Below, in pieces: positions 35,506-44,326 of a stretch of DNA of 64,000 nt (the stretch's first letter is position 1; each line of letters starts with the position of its first letter). The DNA comes from a virus, in IMG/VR virus record IMGVR_UViG_3300049927_000072, positions 11,885 through 75,884 of that record; one strand, 5' to 3'. The notes beneath the pieces were generated by a model. It ran no database searches and had not been told where the DNA came from. It saw nothing but the letters and a program-made list of their open reading frames with translations. Both the position numbers and the translations under genes were made by a program.

Positions 35506-36603
35506 ATGACTACCGTCTCCACCACCATTTCTGACGTTATCGTCCCGTCAGTCTTTACGCCCTACACTCAGCAACTTACGATGGAAAAGACTGCTCTTAT
35601 CCAGAGCGGCATCGCTTCGCGCGATGATTTCCTCGACAAGCTGCTCGCGGGCGGGGGCCTGACCTTCACCGTTCCGTCATGGCAGGACATCGGCGATCCC
35701 GCCGAAAACGTGTCCAGCGATGACCCGGACACTCTCTCTACCCCGAACAAGACGCAGGCTTCGGCCGAAGTCGCGGTGCGCCTCTCGCGTAACGCCTCTT
35801 GGAGCACGATGCGTCTCGCCACGGCCCTTGCCGGTGCCGACCCGATGCAGTCAATTGCATCGCGCGTCTCCGACTACTGGGTCCGTCGCCTTCAGCGCGC
35901 CTTCGTGGCGGTTGCTAACGGCGTGTTCGCGGACAACGCTCAAGCCGATCCGACCAATGGTCGCTCTGGCAACGTCGGCCTGACTGCCGCTTATGGCACG
36001 CAGAATGACTTGACGCACTCGATCATCGGTGGCTCGTTCTCCGATGGCGTGACAAACTTCTCGGCTGCGGCGTTCATTGACACCGCAACCCTGCTCGGCG
36101 ACGCGGCCGAAGACGTGACGGCAGTTGTAATGCACTCGGTTGTTTACAGCCGTGCGCAAAAGAACAACCTGATCGACTTCATCCCGGACAGCGAAGGGAA
36201 AATCAACATCCCGACGTTCCTTGGACGGCGCGTGATCGTTGACGACGGCATGCCTAACCCGGCTGGCGACAGCGGAAACGGTGCGCAGACTGCTTCGGGC
36301 ATCTATCACACTTGGCTTGTTGGCCCGGGCGCGTTCCGCCTCGGCGTCGGCACCCCGGTTGTGCCTACCGAAGTGTTCCGCTACCCGGATCGCGGCAACG
36401 GCGCTGGATCGGACATCCTCTATAACCGTGTCGAGTGGTCTATCCACCCGGTCGGCCACGCCTACATCGGAACGCCTTCAACCGAAGGTGGCCCGACGAA
36501 CGCTTCGACGAGCAACAACCTCGCCGCTGCGGCTTCGTGGGTCCGTGTGTTCCCCGAGCGCAAGCAAATCAAGCTTGCTCGGCTAATCACTCGCGAGAGC
36601 TAG
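35506..36603 (+). CDS. major capsid protein
   Basis: TTISDVIVPSVFTPY...LAGGG..F.VPSW.D, LAGADPM.SIASRV.DYW, MHSVVY, IPTFLGRRVIVDDGMP, W.RV..RKQI. Confidence 0.95.
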   Translation: MTTVSTTISDVIVPSVFTPYTQQLTMEKTALIQSGIASRDDFLDKLLAGGGLTFTVPSWQDIGDPAENVSSDDPDTLSTPNKTQASAEVAVRLSRNASWSTMRLATALAGADPMQSIASRVSDYWVRRLQRAFVAVANGVFADNAQADPTNGRSGNVGLTAAYGTQNDLTHSIIGGSFSDGVTNFSAAAFIDTATLLGDAAEDVTAVVMHSVVYSRAQKNNLIDFIPDSEGKINIPTFLGRRVIVDDGMPNPAGDSGNGAQTASGIYHTWLVGPGAFRLGVGTPVVPTEVFRYPDRGNGAGSDILYNRVEWSIHPVGHAYIGTPSTEGGPTNASTSNNLAAAASWVRVFPERKQIKLARLITRES

Positions 36604-36627
36604 ACCTCTCACGGCTGAAAACTGAAA

Positions 36628-36662
36628 CAGGGGCGCGAGGTATAAGCCTCGCGCCCCTCTTG
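36628..36662 (+). terminator. terminator after the capsid gene
   Basis: AGGGGCGCGAGGT-ATAA-GCCTCGCGCCCCT. Confidence 0.6.
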
Positions 36663-36679
36663 CTGAAAGGGATCGGAAC

Positions 36680-36913
36680 ATGGCTTATGTATTCAAAGGC
36701 GCGTCGCCTCAATCGCACGCAAAGCACAAGCGGTATGCGCAAGCCTCGCGCCACCGTAACTCGCAGAACTTCAACGCCTTCCTTGGCGTGCAGGCCGCGC
36801 GCTTGAGCACCACGGCGGCGAATATTTTCGCTCTCTTTGCCGCGAAAAAGCGCATTGCAGAACAAATTCAAGTTGCGACCAGCTACTCCGCTTCGGACGT
36901 GCACGGCTTCTAA
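36680..36913 (+). CDS. small basic protein
   Basis: AAAGGGA RBS; between capsid and neck genes. Confidence 0.55.
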   Translation: MAYVFKGASPQSHAKHKRYAQASRHRNSQNFNAFLGVQAARLSTTAANIFALFAAKKRIAEQIQVATSYSASDVHGF

Positions 36914-37032
36914 TCGGAAGGATTGAAGCAAGGTGCGGCCCAGAGGGGGGACTTCCGGACGTACTAAGCTTTGATCTAACCGACCCGGCGGAGCGGTTGA
37001 AAGCCGCTCCGCCACCATCTCTCGCCCCCTCT
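36914..37032 (+). ncRNA. candidate pseudoknotted cis-regulatory RNA
   Basis: nested stems with G-U pairs; loop AGAGGGGG (36942-36949) complementary to CCCCCTCT (37025-37032). Confidence 0.45.
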
Positions 37033-37051
37033 ATGATGAAAGGAAAATACC

Positions 37052-37696
37052 ATGTCTAACCAGTACGCCGAAAAAATCACCGAAGCGCTCGCGAAACTTG
37101 ACACCCAAAATCCAGACCATTGGACAGACGACGGGCTTCCTGTAACCCGCGTTGTGCAGATGCTCGCGGGCGAGCCCGCGATCAAGCGTTCAGACTTGAA
37201 CGAAGTCGCTCCGGGATTTTCGCGCGATAGTGTAGACGGTGCGGGCCTCGGAGTTGATGGCGGCACCGTGCTCGAAGCAGCAACGCCTATCGAGCCGCTT
37301 GGCCCGTCGATTGATCCAGTGACCGGTCTGACGACCACTCTCGCCGTGAGCAATCCGTCTGACATGCCAGACGAGACCAAAGCTGAGTTTCAGGCAGCGT
37401 TCGAAGATGCCGATCAAGCGCTCGTCGATGCCCGGAAAGCGACCGTTGATGCGCGGACGGCAGAGCAAAAAGCGCAGAAGGCGCGAGATGCAGCCCTTAT
37501 CAAGATGAACGCTGCTTTCCCGCCACTGACTGCGGCTGAGAATATCCAGCAATACCTCAAGCACGAAAACGAACAGCGGGCCAAGAAGTTTGGCGCGCTC
37601 GGGGTTTACGCGCAGAGCCAACTCGATCAGGTCATGGGTGCACGGCGCGGACGGCATAACACGCGCCCGCAACGTGGGCAGACTGTCGCAAGGTAA
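37052..37696 (+). CDS. head-associated virion protein
   Basis: ALAKLD..NPDHWTDDGLP domain plus coiled coil. Confidence 0.65.
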   Translation: MSNQYAEKITEALAKLDTQNPDHWTDDGLPVTRVVQMLAGEPAIKRSDLNEVAPGFSRDSVDGAGLGVDGGTVLEAATPIEPLGPSIDPVTGLTTTLAVSNPSDMPDETKAEFQAAFEDADQALVDARKATVDARTAEQKAQKARDAALIKMNAAFPPLTAAENIQQYLKHENEQRAKKFGALGVYAQSQLDQVMGARRGRHNTRPQRGQTVAR

Positions 37697-37699
37697 AAT

Positions 37700-38143
37700 A
37701 TGGGCAACCCATTCGAGACATTTGCAAAAAGAACGGGGCCGCAAAACGCGGCCCTGTTTTACGCAAGCAAGCGCAACTACGCGGCGCGAGATGCCACGGC
37801 TGTGACCGACCCGACTTCGCTTGCGAGAGGCTCGATCTCGTTTTCCGGACAACCGGGCAATTCCGACACTGTCACGCTTGGCGGGACGGTTGTAACGTTT
37901 GGCTCGGGTCACAACGTTGCCATCGGCGCAACGCTTGCTGCAACGCTCGTGACGCTGGCTGCGTTTCTGAACGCGAGCGCCGACGTGAATATCTCGAAGT
38001 GCACATACACTGTAACCGATGCAGCCCTGCAAATAGCCTATAAAACGCCGGGTGTTGCGACCTTCACATTGGCCGCGTCGGCCGCGACACGCTCGGCTGC
38101 GACGCTGGCTCTCGGCACCATTCACGCGAGGGTGGCACTATGA
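37700..38143 (+). CDS. virion structural protein
   Basis: GSISFSGQP..SDTVTLGG...IGATLAATL domain. Confidence 0.6.
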   Translation: MGNPFETFAKRTGPQNAALFYASKRNYAARDATAVTDPTSLARGSISFSGQPGNSDTVTLGGTVVTFGSGHNVAIGATLAATLVTLAAFLNASADVNISKCTYTVTDAALQIAYKTPGVATFTLAASAATRSAATLALGTIHARVAL

Positions 38144-38991
38144 TTGACCCAGTTTTCAGCGTGCAGGACGCCACCGGCTCCGTACAGCAACTTGAAATTG
38201 CGGATCATCCGACGACCGAGATCGCCGCGGGCGATACCGGTACGCTTGCAGATATCCTGTTTACGGTCACGGATGTCGTGAGCACTGTGCAGTTCAGCGT
38301 TTCGACGAATGGTGAAGATACTGACTTCCCGGCCACTGGTACGATCACGTGGCTAACCGGCGCGAACGCCACGACCACTTCAGACGTGATCGAGAAAGAT
38401 GGCGCAAACGCCTACATGACGGTGGCTCAGTTCAAGGCGTATCACGATGCGCGCGGAAATTCCTATGCGGGCAGCCCGGAAGAGGCCGTTCGGTTCGCCA
38501 TTGTCAAGGCGACGGACTATCTCGATCAAAAGTACCGCTATAAAGGGGTCAAGAAGGTCTCCGTAATTGCGAACCTCGTGGACCCGAACCTCGCGTTTAT
38601 CGACCCTTTCCTGTCACCATTCGGCGTTGGCACGATCCCGTTTCTGTCGTCGAGCACTTCTTCGCAGTCGACAGAGTGGCCGCGGCAAGGCGTGACAGAC
38701 AATAACGGCAATTTGGTTGTCGGCATCCCGAAGCAAATCATATGGGCGTGCGCAGAACTAGCGAACCGCGTGCTCAATGATACCGATTTGCAGCCGGACT
38801 ACGATGGCGATCTCATAAATAACGGCGGCGTTGTGCAGGCGATCAGCGAAGAAGTCGGACCGATAAAAACGAGCAGAACATTTGACACTCGGCTCGGTCT
38901 CGGATTTTTTCCATCGTTCCCGCACATCGACAGGATGTTGGCGAAAGCCGGTATCTTGATGGCGGGCGGCGGACGAACTGTTCTCCGATAA
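38140..38991 (+). CDS. head-tail connector (DnaT-like family)
   Basis: ANAYMTVAQF.AYH..RG, IVKATDYLD, EWPR, ACAELA, EEVGPI. Confidence 0.8.
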   Translation: MIDPVFSVQDATGSVQQLEIADHPTTEIAAGDTGTLADILFTVTDVVSTVQFSVSTNGEDTDFPATGTITWLTGANATTTSDVIEKDGANAYMTVAQFKAYHDARGNSYAGSPEEAVRFAIVKATDYLDQKYRYKGVKKVSVIANLVDPNLAFIDPFLSPFGVGTIPFLSSSTSSQSTEWPRQGVTDNNGNLVVGIPKQIIWACAELANRVLNDTDLQPDYDGDLINNGGVVQAISEEVGPIKTSRTFDTRLGLGFFPSFPHIDRMLAKAGILMAGGGRTVLR

Positions 38992-39024
38992 TTGCCGGTT
39001 GCCACGACGACGGGGATTTGTAAT

Positions 39025-39381
39025 ATGGCCGCGAAATTCGACTACCTCGGTTCACGTGCAACCGCTGACAGGCTGATAAAGAAATTCGGCATGCGGGCGG
39101 TTTTGCGTCGAGGCACAACGGATCGCGAATGCTTCGTCGTCATAGTTGACTACGAGCCAAGCGATAAGCAGGCGATGCTTGCGAACCCGACGGATCGGAA
39201 AGTTGTTATGTCCGCTGTCGGTCTCGAAAGTCAACCGCCTGATAATGAGCAGGATATGCTCGTGACCTTTGTGCAACCGGCCGGAGTAGTCGAGCACGAG
39301 TTGCTGCCTTTCACGTGTCCCGTGAAACCGACAGCGCCAGCGGGCGTCGTTGCAGTGTACGAATTTACGGTGCGCCGATGA
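39025..39381 (+). CDS. head-closure/adaptor protein
   Basis: FDY...RATADRLIKKFG...DRKV...PAGVV.VYE..VRR. Confidence 0.75.
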   Translation: MAAKFDYLGSRATADRLIKKFGMRAVLRRGTTDRECFVVIVDYEPSDKQAMLANPTDRKVVMSAVGLESQPPDNEQDMLVTFVQPAGVVEHELLPFTCPVKPTAPAGVVAVYEFTVRR

Positions 39382-39887
39382 CTGCGAACAAAGATAGGCG
39401 ACAAGAGATTTTGACGAGGCTCGATACGCTCCTAAGTGGGCTAACGATCACTCTGTCGACGGGAGCGATACCGGCGGGCAGCTTTGTCCACAACCGGAAT
39501 GAACTCCCAAAAGATTTGGTACCGGGCATCATCTTGCTCGATGCTGACGAAGTGCAAGACCCCCGGGGCATCAGGCTTCCGGACGGTCGCCAGCTTCCGA
39601 TGGGCATCCAGCTTATGAAAATGACCCCGGAGATTTATGTGGTGCTCGACGTGCGCAAGCCGAAGAACATCGACGTAGGGGAAGACTTGAACACCGCGCG
39701 AGCCGCAATTCTCGCCGCAATATTTATCGATGCCGAACTACGCGCTATCTGTGGTTCGAACGGGGGGATTACTTACGACGGATGCGTGACAGACTTGGCG
39801 CGCAACCGAACGATGCAAGGCCAACTCGGATTGAGCATTTCTTTCACGTACATGCTCTCCCCGACGGAACTACAGACGAACGCGTGA
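39378..39887 (+). CDS. tail terminator/completion protein
   Basis: DRRQEIL..L; precedes the tail tube gene. Confidence 0.6.
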   Translation: MTANKDRRQEILTRLDTLLSGLTITLSTGAIPAGSFVHNRNELPKDLVPGIILLDADEVQDPRGIRLPDGRQLPMGIQLMKMTPEIYVVLDVRKPKNIDVGEDLNTARAAILAAIFIDAELRAICGSNGGITYDGCVTDLARNRTMQGQLGLSISFTYMLSPTELQTNA

Positions 39888-39911
39888 TTTTAATTTCAGG
39901 GGGAGACACCA

Positions 39912-40472
39912 ATGCCCGGCCAATTCAACGTAGAGGGTTCGCTACTCAGCCCGAACATCGGCAACTATTACATCGGCAAAGGCTTGGTTTCTGTCAAGCT
40001 GCTCGGTGAGACCGATTTTACCGAGTGCGGCAACTGCCCGACATTCGAGTTCATGGCGAAGGTGACACAACTCGATCACTTTTCCAGCATGACCGGCGTC
40101 AAGGTGAAAGATTTCACCGCTGTGACGGAAATTTCTGGCACGCTGACGATGGTACTCGAAGAGTACACCGCGCGCAACGTCGGCTTCGCCCTACTTGGTA
40201 TCCCGAGCGGCGGCCCATCGCCAGCGTCAGATACCATTGACATTTTCTCCGATCCCGTAATTTACGGTGCGGTGAAATTCGTCGGCGCGAATGACATCGG
40301 CCCAGTGTGGACGGTTCAGTTCCCTCTCGTGAAACTTTCGCCGAACAAGGCGCTCAGCCTGATCGGTAACACGTGGGGCACCATCGATCTCGAAGGTGAT
40401 GTGCTGTTCGACCAAGCTTCTGGCGGGTTCGGCACGGCTGTCGTGTCACTGCCGGAAAGCCCGACCAGCTAA
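39912..40472 (+). CDS. major tail (tube) protein
   Basis: NYYIGKG.V...GNCPTFEF...LDHFSS..GVK.KD...LEE.T..N. Confidence 0.8.
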   Translation: MPGQFNVEGSLLSPNIGNYYIGKGLVSVKLLGETDFTECGNCPTFEFMAKVTQLDHFSSMTGVKVKDFTAVTEISGTLTMVLEEYTARNVGFALLGIPSGGPSPASDTIDIFSDPVIYGAVKFVGANDIGPVWTVQFPLVKLSPNKALSLIGNTWGTIDLEGDVLFDQASGGFGTAVVSLPESPTS

Positions 40473-40481
40473 TTGCTCTCA

Positions 40482-40514
40482 AGCGTCGGCGCGCAAGCGC
40501 CGACGCGCTCTTTT
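40482..40514 (+). terminator. terminator after the tail tube gene
   Basis: GCGTCGGCGC-GCAA-GCGCCGACGC followed by GCTCTTTT. Confidence 0.6.
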
Positions 40515-40537
40515 CCCTGAAAAAGTGAGGCTGACCC

Positions 40538-40765
40538 ATGCGCGAGGAATTTCTCGTCGAGGAAAAGACCTCGTCCGGCGTTCACCCCTTTCCCGTGAGA
40601 CGCCCGCGCGCAGCACCAGTGGCCGTGCAAGTGCAACACCCTAGCAACCCAAATATCCTGCGCGGTATTCAGAGCGCGCCAGAAAATCATCCCGACACTC
40701 CGGCCGCGCACAAAGTTGCCGAGCCGGAACCATCACGAACGGGGCTAAAAGCAGATAGCCCATAA
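40538..40765 (+). CDS. hypothetical protein
   Basis: GAGG RBS; Pro-rich. Confidence 0.4.
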   Translation: MREEFLVEEKTSSGVHPFPVRRPRAAPVAVQVQHPSNPNILRGIQSAPENHPDTPAAHKVAEPEPSRTGLKADSP

Positions 40766-40781
40766 CACAGAGGAAGTCCCC

Positions 40782-41261
40782 ATGAGCCAAGGTTTAAGTC
40801 TACTCGACATCGCACCAGCGAGCGAGAACGTGCTGATAAGCACGGATACTTCGTTGGCAGTCTACGGAATTTCAGTGAGGGATATCATCGCGCTCCTTCA
40901 ACGTTTTCCGGAAGCGCAACAGTGGATCAGCGGCGGCAAGTTGGATACGGCACACTTTATCCAGACAGCGCCGAACGCAATTGCGGCAGTGATCGCCGCC
41001 GGTTGTAAAAAGTTTGGAAACGAAGAAGCAGAGGCACGAGCGGCAGAACTCACTATCGAGACACAACTCGACATTCTCGAAGCGGTCAGTCGATTGACGT
41101 TTAGGAGTGGTTTCGGCCCTTTCGTGCAACGGATAACCGGGGCCGCAAATCTCGCGGCAGCGCTATCCGGAAACTCTGGAAAGGCCCCGGATACGAACTC
41201 GCCGCAAGTGTCGACGCCCTTGCCGCAGACTGGGGCGGACCCGGACAAGTCTGGGAACTGA
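40782..41261 (+). CDS. tail assembly chaperone (G)
   Basis: SLLDIAP...V.GIS..I..LL.RFPE...QL.IL.A..RLTF..G.GPFV; between tube and tape measure genes. Confidence 0.75.
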   Translation: MSQGLSLLDIAPASENVLISTDTSLAVYGISVRDIIALLQRFPEAQQWISGGKLDTAHFIQTAPNAIAAVIAAGCKKFGNEEAEARAAELTIETQLDILEAVSRLTFRSGFGPFVQRITGAANLAAALSGNSGKAPDTNSPQVSTPLPQTGADPDKSGN

Positions 41262-41410
41262 CGCCAGCCCAGATTAACGCTTTTCTGTTTCTGGCCGAGC
41301 GTCGGCACGAGCGCGAACTGCACGCCCAGTTGGCAACGCAATCTCTCGCAGCAAGTGGTGATGGGAAGCAGATACAAAAGCAGTTGGATAGTTGGGAGCG
41401 CGATCAGTGA
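41177..41410 (+). CDS. tail chaperone -1 frameshift extension (GT)
   Basis: T GGA AAG slippery-like site at 41177-41183; the -1 frame reads GPGYELAASVDALAADW...VWELTPAQINAFL...RDQ*. Confidence 0.65.
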   Translation, partial: WKGPGYELAASVDALAADWGGPGQVWELTPAQINAFLFLAERRHERELHAQLATQSLAASGDGKQIQKQLDSWERDQ

Positions 41411-41940
41411 TCCGTATAGAAGTCAGGCGAGTAAGCGGCGACATCAAAAAGAATATGGCGTACGTGCGCGACCGTATGAACAAAGCCATCACGGCTTCTG
41501 CAAACATGCTCACGTCAATGATGCGCGATCAATTCAAGGCAAACATCGCTTCGTCCGATGGCAAACTTGGCACTTTGTCGGAAGGTCTGACCGTTGTCTG
41601 CACCACGAGTGACCTGCGCGCGACAATCGAAACGTTCCATGATCGCCCTTACGCTGGTATTTTCGAAGAGGGTGGCCAGATAACTGGCGACCTCTTGTGG
41701 GTGCCACTAAGCGGCACCGATGCGGAAGGGGTGCAGCCGAAAGAATATCCGGGCGGTCTGTTCTCGATCAAGCGCGAGAGTAGCGGACGGCCGCTCTTAT
41801 TCAGTATAGCAGATAAAAAGCCAAAATATTTCGGCATCGAGGCTGTGACCATTCCCCCCAAGTGGAATTTACGAGGCATCCAAGCGAGTGTTCTCGCGAA
41901 CTATCGCGAGCTTTATGATGCCGCATATAAGAGTGCATAA
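41407..41940 (+). CDS. tail completion/neck (HK97 gp10-like) protein
   Basis: YAGIFEEGG.I.G..LWVPL...YFG...VTIP.KW. Confidence 0.6.
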   Translation: MIRIEVRRVSGDIKKNMAYVRDRMNKAITASANMLTSMMRDQFKANIASSDGKLGTLSEGLTVVCTTSDLRATIETFHDRPYAGIFEEGGQITGDLLWVPLSGTDAEGVQPKEYPGGLFSIKRESSGRPLLFSIADKKPKYFGIEAVTIPPKWNLRGIQASVLANYRELYDAAYKSA

Positions 41941-41942
41941 CC

Positions 41943-43871
41943 ATGGCTGGCGCGTTAGATGACATTGTCCAAAAAGTAGTTATCGAAGGTACCGGCGAAG
42001 TCGGCGGCTTGCTCGGCGAGATGGCCGGTATTGCCGAAACGGCATTCGGCCGGATCAGTACCGCTGCGACTTTGCTCAACTCTGCCCTCTCTGGCCCTAT
42101 CGGGATTATTCTGGCGGTTGTCGGCGCGGTCACCGCGCTCGCTGAAGCGACAACGAAATTCGCAGAGAGCCAAGCACGAGCGCAAGTTGCATTGAATGCA
42201 ACAGCGAAAGTTTATGGCGCGACGCGCGACGAGATCGTCGGCTTGCGCGTGGCTCTTTCGCAATCCGGCCTGACGGGCGAAGAGATCAACCGCGGCTTGC
42301 AGCGTATGGCTCGCCAGATGGCGAACTCATGGAGCGAAGTCACGTCGGAAATCCGCAAAGGCCCGACCGCGATGGCGGAAGCGCGCAACGGTATCGAAAG
42401 CGCACAACTCGGCATCGCTACCGCGATGACGAATAATAAGTTTGCCGCGGCTGAATGGGCGAACAAATTAAAAGGTGACGCGCTTTCTGTTGCGGAAGCG
42501 TACAATAAAGTCAAATTTGCCGCAGAGGACGCGGCCTCAACCTCAAACAATGATTTCCTGTCGGTACAGGGTGCGCAACTTGGTGCGAAAGAGGCCGAAA
42601 TCAATTTCCGCAAGTCACAAGGATACGGCGGCTACGAGCAAGACGAAGCTCAGCTAAAAGTCGATAAGGCTGCCAACGCATTTTATCAAGCGCAACAACG
42701 CGTGCAGGATGCGCAGACGAAACAACTCAAGGATATGGCGAACGCTCCAATTGAGCGCCAACGCGCCGAGCTTGGCTTGTCGGAAGCGCAAAATAAACAA
42801 GCGAAAGATCAAGAGAGCGAAGGCCCGGCGATTGCAAAGGCGGCGGTTGATTTCCGCAGCGCAGTGAACGCATTCGAGCAAGCCGTCGAAAAGATGCACG
42901 ACACCGAGCTAAAAGATTTGCCGACTATCATAAACGCCATCAAGGATAAGAATGGCGATGCGCTGCGAGATATGAAGCCGACCGATATTGTTCATGCCAT
43001 CGACGCCCAGACGCGGCAACAGGTGGAGCAACTCGGAAAGGTCGCTACGGATTTAGACCTTTTGAAAGGTCGCGGCGAGGCAGTTAAGAGCTTAGAGGGC
43101 ACGATCAGCGAAGGTCAGATGCAAGGTGTGTTGCAAGCCGGTGGCCTGCCTGCGCGGGGCGGTCAAGCCGCACAGTGGGTGGACGCGATCAAGAACCTTG
43201 GCGAGCGGCTTCCGGAAGCGTTGAAGTTGTCACAGGGTGCGGGCGGCACAGACCAAAATCAGGCGAATGCAGAAAATACATTGAAGATGGTCGCAGCCAC
43301 CGACGAAATGAAATCAACGATGGCACGTCTGGCTGGAACTAGCGACATAGCGTCTGCCACTGCTCAAGCCACGCTCGAAGTGCAGCAAGGTATTTTGATT
43401 GGTGTCAGGGAAGCACCCGCTAAGTTCGCAGAAGCATTGAAAGGTCTACAGACGCCCGTGCAAGGACTGTCGGACGCGGCGGCGGCCGGTGCAGGGCTTG
43501 CGGGCGGCGGTCAGATTTTCGGCGCTGGCACTTCCACGAGCGACAGCATTCCCGCGCGCCTTTCGCACGGTGAATTTGTCGTCAAAGCAGCGGCGGTCAA
43601 GGCTTACGGCGCGGACCTCTTTCACTCGCTCAACAGCATGGCGATCCGCGGCTTCGCGATGGGTGGCCTCGTGCCGGGGCCGGGCATGGCTCCGATCCGT
43701 TTCGCCGATGGCGGAGCGGTCAAAGCTCAGCATTCGGTCGTCAACCTCTCAATCGACGGCAACCGCTTCGAGGGTCTGAAGGCTCCGGCGGATGTCGCGC
43801 AGAAACTAACGTCCTATGCGGTCAGTCGGCAAACTTCGCAGACCGGCCGTCGACCATCATGGGTGAGATAA
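41943..43871 (+). CDS. tape measure protein
   Basis: Ala/Gln-rich helical body; C-terminal GAGTSTSDSIPARLSHGEFVV and FA.GG. Confidence 0.9.
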   Translation: MAGALDDIVQKVVIEGTGEVGGLLGEMAGIAETAFGRISTAATLLNSALSGPIGIILAVVGAVTALAEATTKFAESQARAQVALNATAKVYGATRDEIVGLRVALSQSGLTGEEINRGLQRMARQMANSWSEVTSEIRKGPTAMAEARNGIESAQLGIATAMTNNKFAAAEWANKLKGDALSVAEAYNKVKFAAEDAASTSNNDFLSVQGAQLGAKEAEINFRKSQGYGGYEQDEAQLKVDKAANAFYQAQQRVQDAQTKQLKDMANAPIERQRAELGLSEAQNKQAKDQESEGPAIAKAAVDFRSAVNAFEQAVEKMHDTELKDLPTIINAIKDKNGDALRDMKPTDIVHAIDAQTRQQVEQLGKVATDLDLLKGRGEAVKSLEGTISEGQMQGVLQAGGLPARGGQAAQWVDAIKNLGERLPEALKLSQGAGGTDQNQANAENTLKMVAATDEMKSTMARLAGTSDIASATAQATLEVQQGILIGVREAPAKFAEALKGLQTPVQGLSDAAAAGAGLAGGGQIFGAGTSTSDSIPARLSHGEFVVKAAAVKAYGADLFHSLNSMAIRGFAMGGLVPGPGMAPIRFADGGAVKAQHSVVNLSIDGNRFEGLKAPADVAQKLTSYAVSRQTSQTGRRPSWVR

Positions 43872-43872
43872 C

Positions 43873-44325
43873 ATGCCATTCGAGAACTCACTTCCTTCGG
43901 GAGCAGACACGCTTCTTTCGATCTCCGGCCTCGGAGGTTTCCAATATCAGGCTCGCGGCCTGATCCAAACGCTGTCGCCGATCAAGCAATCATCGCAACT
44001 CGCACGCACAGTCAATGCCTTGCTGATCGACATGAGTGCGCCGCAGTTTCAGAAATACTCGTCGAAGATTTCATGCACCGACGTGAATGCTCCGCCGCTC
44101 GATGGTGTGTGGCCGGGATTAGAAGTAACAGTGCATTGCGCAGCTTCGCTTTGCTATCCAATCGGAGGATCAGCCGGGCGCACCGAAGTGAGCGGATCAA
44201 GCTCTACCGAAGGTCACATGACGTTCTATCGTCCGGTGCTCTTGATGCGCGTTGTGAACTTCGAGCAACACTTCGATGAGTGGAAGGCGGCGAATGGTTG
44301 GGATTTGGAATTAGAGGAAGTCTGA
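43873..44325 (+). CDS. distal tail protein
   Basis: ARGLIQTL.PI...RTVN..L.D.S..QF.KY; follows the tape measure gene. Confidence 0.65.
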   Translation: MPFENSLPSGADTLLSISGLGGFQYQARGLIQTLSPIKQSSQLARTVNALLIDMSAPQFQKYSSKISCTDVNAPPLDGVWPGLEVTVHCAASLCYPIGGSAGRTEVSGSSSTEGHMTFYRPVLLMRVVNFEQHFDEWKAANGWDLELEEV

Positions 44326-44326
44326 C

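Noticed and set aside
36914-37032. HDV-like ribozyme or cobalamin riboswitch identity for this structured element
   Set aside because: No UCC.CG-type L3 with the right stem order and no B12 box; kept only as an unclassified RNA candidate.
37190-38125. 311-aa minus-strand ORF
   Set aside because: Antisense shadow of structural genes in GC-rich DNA; no motifs or RBS.
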